From: Puniceicoccaceae bacterium
Lineage (GTDB): Bacteria; Verrucomicrobiota; Verrucomicrobiia; Opitutales; Oceanipulchritudinaceae
Reading direction: 5' to 3'
Assembly (NCBI GenBank): GCA_040830765.1
Contig: JBFOMH010000004.1
Coordinates: 224,001-288,000, forward strand
Length of the DNA: 64,000 nucleotides
The position numbers and the translations under genes were made by a program. A model generated the notes under the pieces. The model had not been told where the DNA came from. It saw nothing but the letters and a program-made list of their open reading frames with translations, and made no database searches. This document shows positions 1-9,888 of this stretch, one piece after another. Within the stretch, counting starts at the first letter, position 1, and every line of letters starts with the position of its first letter.

Positions 1-959
1 TTGCCGAAGTCCTTGTTTCAGCCCGGGTGCCCAACTTCATCAATTTCAGCGAGACGCTCCTTGGATTTGCCTACGGGATTGCCCGGGCCAGGACCCTCGC
101 GGGGCGGTTTGATCACTTTCACGCGGTCTGGGCCTCCGCACCAGCAACGGCCGCATGGGTCCTCTATAAGCTGACCGGCATCCCTTATTCAATGGCGGGC
201 CATGCTTATGATCTTTACGAGGATGGCGGGGACGGTCTCCTGGAAACCAAGATTCCGGAGGCCCGTTTCATCCGCACTTCCACCGATACCGGACGCGATC
301 GTTGGAAGCAGCTCGGAAGCCCTTCTGACACGATACATGTCATTCGCAGGGGCCTGTTGAAGTTTCCCAAGCTGGATCCGGCACCGGCTGCGGCGCCGGA
401 GGAACCGTATCAGCTGCTCGCGGTTGGCCGGCTGGTGGAAAAGATGGGCTATTCCGTGCTGTTGCAAATTCTCGCCAGATTGAAACGGTCCGGTTTGCCG
501 TTTCGAGCCACGATCGTTGGCAGTGGTCCCCTGATGGGTAGTTTGCAGCGCCGGGCAAAGCGTCTGGACCTTGAAGATTACCTCGAATTCACCGGGGGAC
601 TGCCATTCCATGAGGTGACCTGGTATTACCGGGAGGCCGACCTTTTCCTTTTCAGCGGGCAGGTTGCCCAAAGCGGGGACCGGGCTGGTTTCCCCAATGC
701 CATCGGGGAGGCCATGGCATGGGGTGTTCCCGTCTGTGCCAGTTCCGTCGGAGCCGTGCAGGAGGGTGTTCACGATGGCCAGACCGGACTCCTCTACACT
801 GACCCGGATGAGGCGGTGGAGAAGATTTCCCAATTGTTCAGCGATCCGGCCCGCTACGCAGCAATCCGGCAATCCGCCCGACAGTGGGCCGAGGAGGAAT
901 TCGATGCCTGCAGGAACATGGAACGGTTTGCCCGGCTGGTGGAGGCTGCTTGCCCTTGA
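1..959 (+). CDS. Glycosyltransferase family 4 (WcaL-like), probably 5'-truncated by the window edge
   Basis: Frame is open from position 3. Motifs HAVWASAPATAA, AVGRLVEKMG and GFPNAIGEAMAWGVPV fit the GT-B/GT4 C-terminal signature. Confidence 0.85.
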   Translation, partial: AEVLVSARVPNFINFSETLLGFAYGIARARTLAGRFDHFHAVWASAPATAAWVLYKLTGIPYSMAGHAYDLYEDGGDGLLETKIPEARFIRTSTDTGRDRWKQLGSPSDTIHVIRRGLLKFPKLDPAPAAAPEEPYQLLAVGRLVEKMGYSVLLQILARLKRSGLPFRATIVGSGPLMGSLQRRAKRLDLEDYLEFTGGLPFHEVTWYYREADLFLFSGQVAQSGDRAGFPNAIGEAMAWGVPVCASSVGAVQEGVHDGQTGLLYTDPDEAVEKISQLFSDPARYAAIRQSARQWAEEEFDACRNMERFARLVEAACP

Positions 960-1775
960 TTACAGGACATCCGCGAAGCCGTTGCGCAACCGGCTGAACC
1001 CAAAGTAGCCAAGCGCAACGGAAATGATGCCGATCAGGTAAAGATAGACCAACTTGTCCAATTGTATCGGAATGTTCCAGAGGAGGACATCCCGGGATAA
1101 CTCAATGGCCTGCAGGACCGGATTGTATTTCAACCAGGCGTAGATGGGTTCGGGAATGCGGCTGCTGGGGTAGAATACCGCGCTGGCATAAAACAGGACC
1201 TGTCCAAGAAAGCCCATCAGGTGCTGGGAATCCCGGAAATAGACCCCCAGGGCGGAGAGGATATAGCTCAATCCCAGCGACAGGAGCAGCATCGGCAGCA
1301 GGATGAGGGGAAACCAGAGCGCCTGCCAGGTCAGGGAGACGCCCGCCAGAAGAATGGCCGCCAGAGCCATCAGGCAACTCATCAAGGTCCGGAAAAAAAT
1401 CGACCCGACCAGGGCTGGAGGAAGGATATGGAGCGGAAAGACGACCTTTTGGACCAGGTTCTGGTAGGAAAGGATGAGGACCGGCGATTGACCCATGGAC
1501 TCGGTGACCAGTCCCATGACCGTCAATCCGATGAAGATGCCCAGCGGATAGTCAAAGGGCCCCGGATTTTCAGTGACGCCAAACTGGCCACCCATGATCA
1601 AGCCAAAGACAACCGTGAAGAGGGCCAGCATGAGCAGCGGGTTGAGGAATATCCACAACAGCCCAAGCCAACTTCCCTTGGTTTGCCGCTCAATATGGCG
1701 CAGAGTGAAACCAACCAGCAGCTCCCGGTGTTGAAAGAAGCGACGTTTCGACTGATTTTTCTCCTTATCTCCCAT
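960..1775 (-). CDS. wzm: ABC-2 type polysaccharide export permease (Wzm/RfbA-like)
   Basis: GSWLGLLWIFLNPLLMLALFTVVFG, VQKVVFPL, VYFRD and YNPV motifs, C-terminal FADVL, about 6 TM helices. ATG at 1775 preferred over TTG at 1787. Confidence 0.85.
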   Translation of the reverse strand: MGDKEKNQSKRRFFQHRELLVGFTLRHIERQTKGSWLGLLWIFLNPLLMLALFTVVFGLIMGGQFGVTENPGPFDYPLGIFIGLTVMGLVTESMGQSPVLILSYQNLVQKVVFPLHILPPALVGSIFFRTLMSCLMALAAILLAGVSLTWQALWFPLILLPMLLLSLGLSYILSALGVYFRDSQHLMGFLGQVLFYASAVFYPSSRIPEPIYAWLKYNPVLQAIELSRDVLLWNIPIQLDKLVYLYLIGIISVALGYFGFSRLRNGFADVL

Positions 1776-1918
1776 GTTTGGCCTCAATGCTGCTCACTAT
1801 TCCAACGGCGGAAAGCCTAATTTGTTGCAATTCATGACCCAGTCATCACCCGCTTTAATAACTTGCTTAGGAAACGCCATTCCGTAGCGTTGACTCCTTT
1901 TGCTTAACCGACCTAGAC

Positions 1919-3127
1919 GTGTCTGTCCCGAATAAAATCAAGACTTTCTTCAATCGCCGTAACAGCATTTTGCGCCGTTGCCGCGAAGACGAGGCAACGC
2001 GTGCCCGGCTAAAGTACAATCCCTGGTACCATCACATGGAGCGCCAGGAAGGGGCACATGTCTGGATCGATGGCCGGAAACTGCTCATGATGAGCAGTAA
2101 CGATTATCTTGGCCTCAGCAGCCATCCAAAAGTCATTGAGGCCGGCGAGGAAGCCCTCAAGAAGTGGGGCAGCAGCACGACGGGAGCCCGTTTGGCAAAT
2201 GGCTCAAGGGCCTACCACCGGGAGCTGGAACTGGCCTTGGCCCAGTTTGTCGGCAAGGAGGATTGCCAGGTATTGTGTGCCGGCTATCTGGCCTGCATGG
2301 GTGCGGTCATGACCTATGCCCAGCGTGGCGACCTTATCCTGGTCGACCGTAATGTGCATAGCTCGCTGTGGTCGGGGATTGGGCTTAGTGGTGCCCGCGT
2401 GGAGCGGTTTTCCCATAACAATCCTTCTGATTTGCAGGATATCCTGACAACCGAACCACGGGAAATGCCCAAGATGGTGGTAATCGAGGGGGTCTACTCC
2501 ATGGAGGGACATATTGCCCCGATTCAGGAAATTATTGAGGTCGGCCGTGACTACAACTGCTTCTTTGTTGTGGATGATGCCCACGGATTCGGGGTCCTTG
2601 GGGACCGTGGACAGGGAACCGTCGGCTATCTTGATCGCACGAATGAAGTGGATGTCATCTGTGGCAGCCTGTCCAAGTCAATGGCCAGCACGGGTGGATT
2701 CATTGCCGGTTCACGGGAGGTCATCGAGTACCTCCGGACCCACAGCAAGCAGACGATTTTCAGTGCGGCCATCAGTCCCAGCCAGGCAGCGTGTGCCCAG
2801 GCGGCCCTGCAGGTGCTTCAGGACGAACCGGAACACCGGGAACGGCTCTGGGAAAACACCCGCTACTACAAGCGCCTTCTCAATCAGCTGGACCTTGATA
2901 TCTGGGACAGCGAGACGCCGGCGGTACCGATTGTTATCGGCAACAAGGAAAAGACCTACCGGGTTTGGAAGCAATTGCTGGAAGATGACATTTTCACGGT
3001 CATTGCCATTGCTCCCGCTGTTCCGCCGGCCAAGGACCTGATCCGGACGGCGGTCTCCGCACGGCACAGCCGTGAAGACCTTGAACGGGTCGCAGAATCC
3101 CTTTCCAAGGCCTTCAAACGGGGCTGA
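1919..3127 (+). CDS. PLP-dependent alpha-oxoamine synthase, serine palmitoyltransferase-like (BioF/Kbl/SPT family)
   Basis: SNDYLGL, GSSTTGARLANG, HSSLWSG, EGVYSMEG, DDAHGFG and GSLSKS (PLP lysine). The family is certain; SPT specificity is inferred. Confidence 0.8.
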   Translation: MSVPNKIKTFFNRRNSILRRCREDEATRARLKYNPWYHHMERQEGAHVWIDGRKLLMMSSNDYLGLSSHPKVIEAGEEALKKWGSSTTGARLANGSRAYHRELELALAQFVGKEDCQVLCAGYLACMGAVMTYAQRGDLILVDRNVHSSLWSGIGLSGARVERFSHNNPSDLQDILTTEPREMPKMVVIEGVYSMEGHIAPIQEIIEVGRDYNCFFVVDDAHGFGVLGDRGQGTVGYLDRTNEVDVICGSLSKSMASTGGFIAGSREVIEYLRTHSKQTIFSAAISPSQAACAQAALQVLQDEPEHRERLWENTRYYKRLLNQLDLDIWDSETPAVPIVIGNKEKTYRVWKQLLEDDIFTVIAIAPAVPPAKDLIRTAVSARHSREDLERVAESLSKAFKRG

Positions 3128-3134
3128 ACAGCCC

Positions 3135-4208
3135 ATGTCGACCTTATTTTTCGACACCACCAAGTCGCGTAAACAAGGTCATTTTTCCGGGCTGAACCGG
3201 GTTTCCGCGCGCCTTCTGGATGCCTTTTCGGAATTTGAATTCCTTGAACTGAAAGCGGTTCACTGGTCGTCCCTGAAGCGAAGCTACGTAGATTCAGCCT
3301 CCGGCAAGGCCATCGGGACGGGTAAGGCCAGCGACTTATTCCTGACGCCGGAAGTTTTTGCGCTCCGGGAGCGGCCCTTCAGCCGCGGGTGGCTGCAACG
3401 GTTCAAGGGCAGGACTGCCTGCCTGTTTTTCGATGCCATCCCGTTTTTCCATCCCGAGATTACCTGGCCCCATAGTGTGCGGCGATTCCCTCGCTGGTTC
3501 ACGGACTTGGGGAATTACGACCACATCTTCTTCATTTCCTCCCATGCGCGGGAGGAAGCGTTGAAAGTGCACGAGCTGACCGGGCTTCCCCGGGTGGAGG
3601 GCACTGTTCTGCCAATGGGCTGTGATTACATGAACCAACAGCCGGTCAACAATCCGGGTGAAGTGCCGGTTCTGTTGAACATCGGAATCCTGGAACCGCG
3701 CAAGGGCCAGGATTGCCTGCTCAGCGTCTGCGATCGGCTCTGGTTGGAGGGATTTGTATTCAAACTGGTTTTTCTGGGCCGGGTGAATCCCCATTACGGT
3801 CGGCCGCTACAGGAGCGGATCAACCTGCTCCGGGAATCCGGTCGGGATATTGAGCACGTGGAGCAGGCTGATGACGCCTGCCTCGCCGAATGGCACCAGC
3901 GTGCCAGCCTGGCAATCCAGCCATCCCGGGCGGAAGGTTTTGGTTTGCCTGTTCTGGAGTCACTATGGGCGGGTTGCCCGGTCTTGGCCTCGGATCAACC
4001 CGGATTGGATTCTGTTCCTGGCCTGAAGGGTGTCCAGGTGCTGGACGAAGTCAGTGAAGAAGCCATTGAGGCAGCCTTGAAGAAGTTACTGGAGCAACCG
4101 GAGCTGCTTGCAGCCCTGCGGAAATCGATCGAGAGCAAGGAACTGCCCACATGGACAGATTCCGCATTGTTCGTGCTTCAGGAGCTTGGATTGAGCGTCA
4201 ACTCCTGA
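3135..4208 (+). CDS. Glycosyltransferase family 4 (WbdA/MtfB-like)
   Basis: FDAIPFFHPE, GILEPRKGQ, PSRAEGFGLPVLESLWAGCPV. ATG at 3135 lies 7 nt after the upstream stop. Confidence 0.85.
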   Translation: MSTLFFDTTKSRKQGHFSGLNRVSARLLDAFSEFEFLELKAVHWSSLKRSYVDSASGKAIGTGKASDLFLTPEVFALRERPFSRGWLQRFKGRTACLFFDAIPFFHPEITWPHSVRRFPRWFTDLGNYDHIFFISSHAREEALKVHELTGLPRVEGTVLPMGCDYMNQQPVNNPGEVPVLLNIGILEPRKGQDCLLSVCDRLWLEGFVFKLVFLGRVNPHYGRPLQERINLLRESGRDIEHVEQADDACLAEWHQRASLAIQPSRAEGFGLPVLESLWAGCPVLASDQPGLDSVPGLKGVQVLDEVSEEAIEAALKKLLEQPELLAALRKSIESKELPTWTDSALFVLQELGLSVNS

Positions 4209-5362
4209 AAGAGCTCGCTCAGGTCCTCGGCGACATGCCGCATCGTCCGCACCGGGCGGCGGGCGGCTTCACCAGAGAGCCGGCTGTACTGCTCTGCGTC
4301 CTTGAGAAGGGACTCCAAATTGGAACGGATGCCGGAGGGGCTACCATCCGAGATAAGACACCCACCTCCCTCAGCCAGCTCTTCAAGGGCACCACCCCGG
4401 GTCGTGATTACGGGTAAGCCATGCGAGAGGGCTTCCAGCACTGGCATTCCGAAGCCTTCATGGAAAGAGGGATAGGCGAAGATGTCGGTTTCCTCGTAAA
4501 GCTCGAGCAGGCGTTGGTTGGAGACCGCCCCTTCCCATTTCACTGGGCGGCCTTTTTTCGACAGCTCGCGAATCCGGTCGACGGCAGGAGTCCCCGTTTC
4601 CTTGTTCAGCATCCCAGCCAACCGCAGCTTGAAAGATGTTCCCGATGCCCACAATTCCTCACAGGCCTCGAGCAGGCCGAGGTGATTCTTGCGGGCTTCG
4701 AGGGTTCCTATCATCAGGACCACTGGATTGGCCGGCAAAATCCCCGTTCTCGCAGAACTGTGCCCGGTGCTGAGTTGGCTCCGTAATCCCAGGGGGGTGA
4801 CAGACGTAAGCGCCTTTCCGACGATGCCTTCCTTGTCCCAAAAGGTAAGCAGGTCAGCTCGGCTGGCTTCGGAAATACAGGTTACGTGGTCAAATTCTGC
4901 CAGCTTTCTCAGGTAGCCGGGAAATCGGTCAACGGTCTTGGACGGTGTCCACTGGGGATGCTTCAGGGCAATTGCGTCATAAAAGTAGGCCAGGCGCGGC
5001 TTGCCCGGGAATGTTCCATGGTTAAACAAGACCGTTTCCCGGGAGGGATCGAAAATTTCCGGGCAAAACAGGCCCTGGACTGTCTGGATTTCAGTCTGTC
5101 TCCGGGTCAACCTGCGCAGGTAGCCCCGCGTTTTTTGGAGAGTGGACCAGCGACTTGAGCGTTTGGCTGGCGGTTCAGCAGTCGGCGATGGCTCAAGGTT
5201 TGTCCTTTCTATTCTGTCCAGCGAACGCCACTGGGAGGCAAACCGGTCGTAGACTACCGGAAACGCCTCTCCCTGCAGTTCACGGGCAAGGTTCCGACAG
5301 ACCTGTTGGATTCCGGTCTGGGCACCTGTGTGTGTCGTATGCGTGAGATCAATGGCCCACAT
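4178..5362 (-). CDS. Glycosyltransferase family 4 (WbdA/MtfB-like)
   Basis: TGIQQVCR, YDAIALKHP, GTLEARKNH, PSFHEGFGMPVLEALSHG. Convergent with the preceding GT4 and overlaps it by 31 nt. Confidence 0.85.
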   Translation of the reverse strand: MWAIDLTHTTHTGAQTGIQQVCRNLARELQGEAFPVVYDRFASQWRSLDRIERTNLEPSPTAEPPAKRSSRWSTLQKTRGYLRRLTRRQTEIQTVQGLFCPEIFDPSRETVLFNHGTFPGKPRLAYFYDAIALKHPQWTPSKTVDRFPGYLRKLAEFDHVTCISEASRADLLTFWDKEGIVGKALTSVTPLGLRSQLSTGHSSARTGILPANPVVLMIGTLEARKNHLGLLEACEELWASGTSFKLRLAGMLNKETGTPAVDRIRELSKKGRPVKWEGAVSNQRLLELYEETDIFAYPSFHEGFGMPVLEALSHGLPVITTRGGALEELAEGGGCLISDGSPSGIRSNLESLLKDAEQYSRLSGEAARRPVRTMRHVAEDLSELFQELTLNPSS

Positions 5363-5463
5363 CGTCTGTCCAGCATAACGAATGTATCGACAAGGCAACC
5401 TGTAATCGTCGTGGCATTGCTTCCATCCTTGCCCGTCGGGGATATTTCCCCACCCTTGAACCG

Positions 5464-7536
5464 ATGACTGGAGAGGGCTCAGGCGTGGTCCATGAAAGCG
5501 ACAGGCGGGAGCTGTTCCTCGAGGCCTGCCGCTCGCCCGAGGCCGCGAGGAACTTCCTCAAACCACATGTCAGGCAGCTGGCGGAAAGGGTGGGGCAATT
5601 GAGGGCCCGTTGGACAGCCCTCAATGAGGCCAATACTCCTTTTACCGTCGTTGTCCCGGAGCCAGCTTTTAAGATGGTCTGCCGTGAGGAAGACCTGGAC
5701 GCCTTATCGAATCTGATAAACCCGGAGGCTGTCTCTCTCGATGTTTTCGATACCTGCCTCAATCGCCTGCTAGCTTCACCATTGGATGTCTTCCAGATGG
5801 TGGGGTATGCCGTTGAAGCGAAGACGGGACTGTCCGCCGGGACCTTTGCCTCGGCACGGGTTGAGGTGGAGAACACCTTGCGCGCAGAGGGCCTGGCAAA
5901 CGGAACCAGGGAAGATACTTCCTTCAGCGACATCTACCAGCAACTGGAAACCCGTTTCCAATGGAACGAGAAAACGAACGAAGCGATCAGCGCCTTTGAA
6001 TTGTCGCTTGAGCAGCTGTTCCTGCGACCGGTTCCGGAGATCCGCGAATTGGCCAACAAATGGGAGCGGGAGGGTATTCCCATGGCATACACATCAGAGA
6101 TGTACCTGCCGGGGGCGGCGCTCCGTAAGCTGCTCAAGGCGGCCGGTTTCCCCGCTGCTGACATACCCGTCCTCACTTCTGGGGAAACGGGATTAAGCAA
6201 GGGAACAGGCAACCTTTACGACTGCACAGCTCGTGAACTGGGGACGGAGGGATTCGTCCACATCGGGGATAATCCGGAAACGGATGGGAGGATTCCGTCC
6301 GCAAAAGGATTCTCCTCGCTTGTCGTCAAGACGGCCAAGTCGGTCTACCCGGACCTGTTTTCAAACATCCTGTATGCAATCGGTAGCGAGCCCGGTGTAA
6401 CAAAAGGGATGAGCTTCTGGCAGAGGTTCGGATATGAGGTGGCGGGCCCCCTTCACTTCGCTTTTGCCACCCATTTGTACAAGAAGTGCCGGTCGCTTGG
6501 GAGTGAGCGGATTCACTTCCTTTCCCGGGATGGCTGGTTTCCGCGCAAGGTCTTCCAGCGCATCCAATCGGCCTGGGGAGCAGTCGCTGAGGATCACTAC
6601 CTTTACGCATCACGGGAGTTTCTCGGCCTTGGGTCGATGACCGACATCGACGGTGAGGACTGGGAATTTATCCTCAAGGCCAGCCCGCTGCTCGAGTTGC
6701 GGGATGTTTTTGAGCGCATTGGTATCCCCGCCCAAGAACATGTGCCGGTATGCGACAAGATGGGACTGGGAGATCCGGACCGGCGTCTCTGCCATCACTG
6801 CGGTTACCTGGATCCACAGGACCATGGCCGTCTCTACCATGCCATATGCCAATGCATCGAGCCCTTCCATCTGCACCGCCATCATGTTGCCACCCGGTTG
6901 CGTGAATATCTTCATGATACAGGAATTTATGATGGCCGCTCCCTGTTTGCTGACATCGGTTGGGGCGGTTCCTCTTTCCGGGCAATCCGGAAACTGGCGC
7001 CCGGGGACAAGACGCCGCATGGGGCCTACTTTGCCCTCTTTGGCGAACTGGACCCGGAAACGAGCGCGTGGTTCACGGATGGCGGGAAAAGCCAGCGCGA
7101 GGCGATCCTGATGGGTTCCATTGCCCTGATGGAATTCCTTTTTGGTTCACCCGAACCAACGGTCAGGTACATGGACAAAGGAAGAGGGGAATGGCTTCCT
7201 GTATTCAGGGATTCACTACCCTTATATGATGTTGAAGCATGGACGGGAATGGAAAGCGGAGTCCTAAAATTCACGAATCGCATCCTGGAAATACTTCACC
7301 GTGCACCCGACGGAGACGGACTGGCAAGGGTGGAGGATGTGCTGAGAATTTGTATCTTTAAGCCGGACAAGGAGGCCTTGCAAATGCTTGGCCCGCTCAG
7401 TCATGGGGAAGGTTGGGGCACCGGCCACCGGCTGAGAATGCTTCCGGCCTTTGCCAATCATCCCGAAAAGGCAACCTTGCACGAAGCCTACGCCTACTGC
7501 CCCTGGAAACCCGGTTTGAGCCGCTTGTGGGGCTGA
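5464..7536 (+). CDS. HAD-superfamily hydrolase-like protein of the type found in surface-glycan clusters
   Basis: SLDVFDTCLNR (motif I-like), TSEMYLP, HIGDNPETDG, then a second domain with FLSRDG and DIGWGGS. Confidence 0.7.
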   Translation: MTGEGSGVVHESDRRELFLEACRSPEAARNFLKPHVRQLAERVGQLRARWTALNEANTPFTVVVPEPAFKMVCREEDLDALSNLINPEAVSLDVFDTCLNRLLASPLDVFQMVGYAVEAKTGLSAGTFASARVEVENTLRAEGLANGTREDTSFSDIYQQLETRFQWNEKTNEAISAFELSLEQLFLRPVPEIRELANKWEREGIPMAYTSEMYLPGAALRKLLKAAGFPAADIPVLTSGETGLSKGTGNLYDCTARELGTEGFVHIGDNPETDGRIPSAKGFSSLVVKTAKSVYPDLFSNILYAIGSEPGVTKGMSFWQRFGYEVAGPLHFAFATHLYKKCRSLGSERIHFLSRDGWFPRKVFQRIQSAWGAVAEDHYLYASREFLGLGSMTDIDGEDWEFILKASPLLELRDVFERIGIPAQEHVPVCDKMGLGDPDRRLCHHCGYLDPQDHGRLYHAICQCIEPFHLHRHHVATRLREYLHDTGIYDGRSLFADIGWGGSSFRAIRKLAPGDKTPHGAYFALFGELDPETSAWFTDGGKSQREAILMGSIALMEFLFGSPEPTVRYMDKGRGEWLPVFRDSLPLYDVEAWTGMESGVLKFTNRILEILHRAPDGDGLARVEDVLRICIFKPDKEALQMLGPLSHGEGWGTGHRLRMLPAFANHPEKATLHEAYAYCPWKPGLSRLWG

Positions 7537-7537
7537 T

Positions 7538-8845
7538 TTAGGTCCATGACTCCAGTTCACCCGCACAGCGCTCCATCAGGGCGGGCCGTGCCTCCGGAAT
7601 TGCATAATCGGATAAAAAGTCCCGCGCCAAACGCTTGCCGAATGTCTGGAGATAGGGAGTACCCCGGCTGGAATCCACCATTGGGAGGAAGGATTCCAGG
7701 TGACTGGCGAACACCTCGCCCGTATGGTGCTCCTCCAAGAGCTTTCGGCCGGCCAGCCCCATCTGAAAGTAGGGGTCCGGGTCCTCGCAAAATGCCTCCA
7801 GATGGCGGATAATGTCTGCCTCTTCATTGGAGGGGGAAACCGTGGCGACTGTTTCTCCCGGGAGCGTTGAATAATAGGCCGTGTTCGTAACCAGGGCCGG
7901 CAGCGAAAAGTTCCACTGCCGCAACAGGCTACCGGAGGACTCGCCCCGGCTGGGCCAACGCAGATTGATGCTGAGGTCGGACTCGCCGAGGAGTTTGTCG
8001 AGTCCCTTGTTGGAGACAAAGCCCTTCGTTGTGACCGATCCGTGCAGGTCCAGCTCACCGAGCCATTGCTTCAATTGCTTCTCATCATACTTCCCGGCAA
8101 TGATCACCTTGAAGCGATCCTTCGAAGGAGTCTTGGAAAATGCCTCCAGAAAGGGCCTCAATCGCCGGTTCGGGTTTTCCATGAATCCGAAGATTATGAT
8201 TTGATAAGGACCATTGTCCCGCTTTTGTCTCCTGATTTCCGGTTGAAGGTCGGCTTCCGGAAGGAACGGCAGCGGTGCGTACATGACCGGTGCTGACGAG
8301 TACTTCCTGATGGGATGCACGCTAAGGGGGTTGTGGGTGATGATGCCAAGGGAATTTTCCACAATGTATTCAAAAAGTGGATACTCCATGACCAGCTTGT
8401 CATTATTGACAACGCGTTTCTCGAGAAAATCGCGGCCATGCTCGACCGCCTCATGCCCACAAAAGCGGCAAAGGATGTCGAAATACTCGGCGAGGCCGCG
8501 CCCCTTTTCCATGCAGAGGTTGAGGATGGTCTCATGAACCGCGAGATCGTGCAGGACAACTATCCCAGGACATTTCTTCGCTGCTGTAATGATCTCCCCA
8601 TGGAAACGGATGTGATTGCCAATGTGGTACACAGGGAGACCTTCATGGTGCAGAGCCTTCCAATCCATGGAAGGGGTGTTGAAAGAGGAGATGGGGCAGA
8701 GTTTGCCAAGGGAAGATTCCCATTTGCTGGTGCTGGTGTACACCTTGAGGTCAAACCGTGAGGCCAGTGCCGGCAGGATGCGCGCGGTCAGGCTGCCGAT
8801 GTCCGTTTGGTCCGGAGGGAGCGGGCTGAACCAGGTAAGCTTCAT
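7538..8845 (-). CDS. Glycosyltransferase family 4
   Basis: MKLTWFSPLPPDQTDIG N-terminus, YHIGNH, PGIVVLHD, INLRWPSRGESSG. ATGA overlap with the upstream gene. Confidence 0.8.
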   Translation of the reverse strand: MKLTWFSPLPPDQTDIGSLTARILPALASRFDLKVYTSTSKWESSLGKLCPISSFNTPSMDWKALHHEGLPVYHIGNHIRFHGEIITAAKKCPGIVVLHDLAVHETILNLCMEKGRGLAEYFDILCRFCGHEAVEHGRDFLEKRVVNNDKLVMEYPLFEYIVENSLGIITHNPLSVHPIRKYSSAPVMYAPLPFLPEADLQPEIRRQKRDNGPYQIIIFGFMENPNRRLRPFLEAFSKTPSKDRFKVIIAGKYDEKQLKQWLGELDLHGSVTTKGFVSNKGLDKLLGESDLSINLRWPSRGESSGSLLRQWNFSLPALVTNTAYYSTLPGETVATVSPSNEEADIIRHLEAFCEDPDPYFQMGLAGRKLLEEHHTGEVFASHLESFLPMVDSSRGTPYLQTFGKRLARDFLSDYAIPEARPALMERCAGELESWT

Positions 8846-9888
8846 TTTACCAGCGCCTCGGCTACGTGGTCCCAGGAAATATCGAGGTCCTTATACCGCT
8901 TTTTCGCCTTCGGGCCTGCCTCCTTGGCAAAGGAGGTGGAGGACCATAATTCATCCATCGCCTTGGCCAGCTCGGCGGGGTCCGAATCCGTCACGAGTCC
9001 CTCCTCACCACTGCGGATGAATTCTGTTGGCCCGCCTGAATCCGAACAGGTAATGACTGGCTTCGATGACAACATCGCCTCCAGGGTGATGTAGCCGTAA
9101 TCTTCCAGGTGTGGGACAAAGAGGACGCCTCGACAACCCGCATAGAGGTCGACCATATCATCAAAGGGAATCCGACCCAAGAACTGGACCCGCTTTTCAA
9201 GCTTCAGTTTCTTGACCAGGGCCTTCAGCTCAACCAGGTTACGCGGATTGTCCGGCGATCCGGAAAAACGGATTTTAACTGGTTGCCGGGTCAGGGCGAG
9301 GGCCTCAACGGCCAGCTGTTGCCGCTTGATGGGTGTGATTCGACTTGGAAAGTAAAGGTAATCCCCGAACGGGCCCGACCTGAAAATCTCCGCATTCTCC
9401 GGAGGATGATAGAGGAGGCTTGATTTCAGCCCGCAGTAATCCTCCAGCCGTTGGGCGACTGTCTTGGACATGGCGTAGATGGTCTTGGCTTCCGGGAGCA
9501 AGGCGCGGTCGATGGACTCGATTGAATCCCGGATTGCCTTGCCGTTGGGGTAGGGCGAGATGTCACAGTGTTCGCTGCCCCACATCTCGAAGGCCGTCCG
9601 GTGCTGGTGCACCATAAAGGTCACCTTGTTCGGGTGACGGACGTGATAGGAAGGAAACTTGAGGCCGATGACCCTGTCCACGGGAATCCCGTTGACTTCA
9701 GTCAGGTCAAGCAGTCGGCAGGCGAGGACATGTTCATGGATGCGTTCAGGCGGGTACCACTTGAACGGAATGCGCACCAATTCGACCTCATGCTTCTTTG
9801 CCTCGAGGGCTTTCTTAAAGGTGCGGGCGAGGGTTTCGGCACCGCCTTCAACAAATGGGACGTGCGTGTTGACAATAACAATTCTCAT
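8842..9888 (-). CDS. Glycosyltransferase family 4
   Basis: VPFVEGGAE, PSRITPIKRQ, EDYGYITLEAMLSSKPVIT, DSGGPTEF. Confidence 0.9.
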   Translation of the reverse strand: MRIVIVNTHVPFVEGGAETLARTFKKALEAKKHEVELVRIPFKWYPPERIHEHVLACRLLDLTEVNGIPVDRVIGLKFPSYHVRHPNKVTFMVHQHRTAFEMWGSEHCDISPYPNGKAIRDSIESIDRALLPEAKTIYAMSKTVAQRLEDYCGLKSSLLYHPPENAEIFRSGPFGDYLYFPSRITPIKRQQLAVEALALTRQPVKIRFSGSPDNPRNLVELKALVKKLKLEKRVQFLGRIPFDDMVDLYAGCRGVLFVPHLEDYGYITLEAMLSSKPVITCSDSGGPTEFIRSGEEGLVTDSDPAELAKAMDELWSSTSFAKEAGPKAKKRYKDLDISWDHVAEALVK

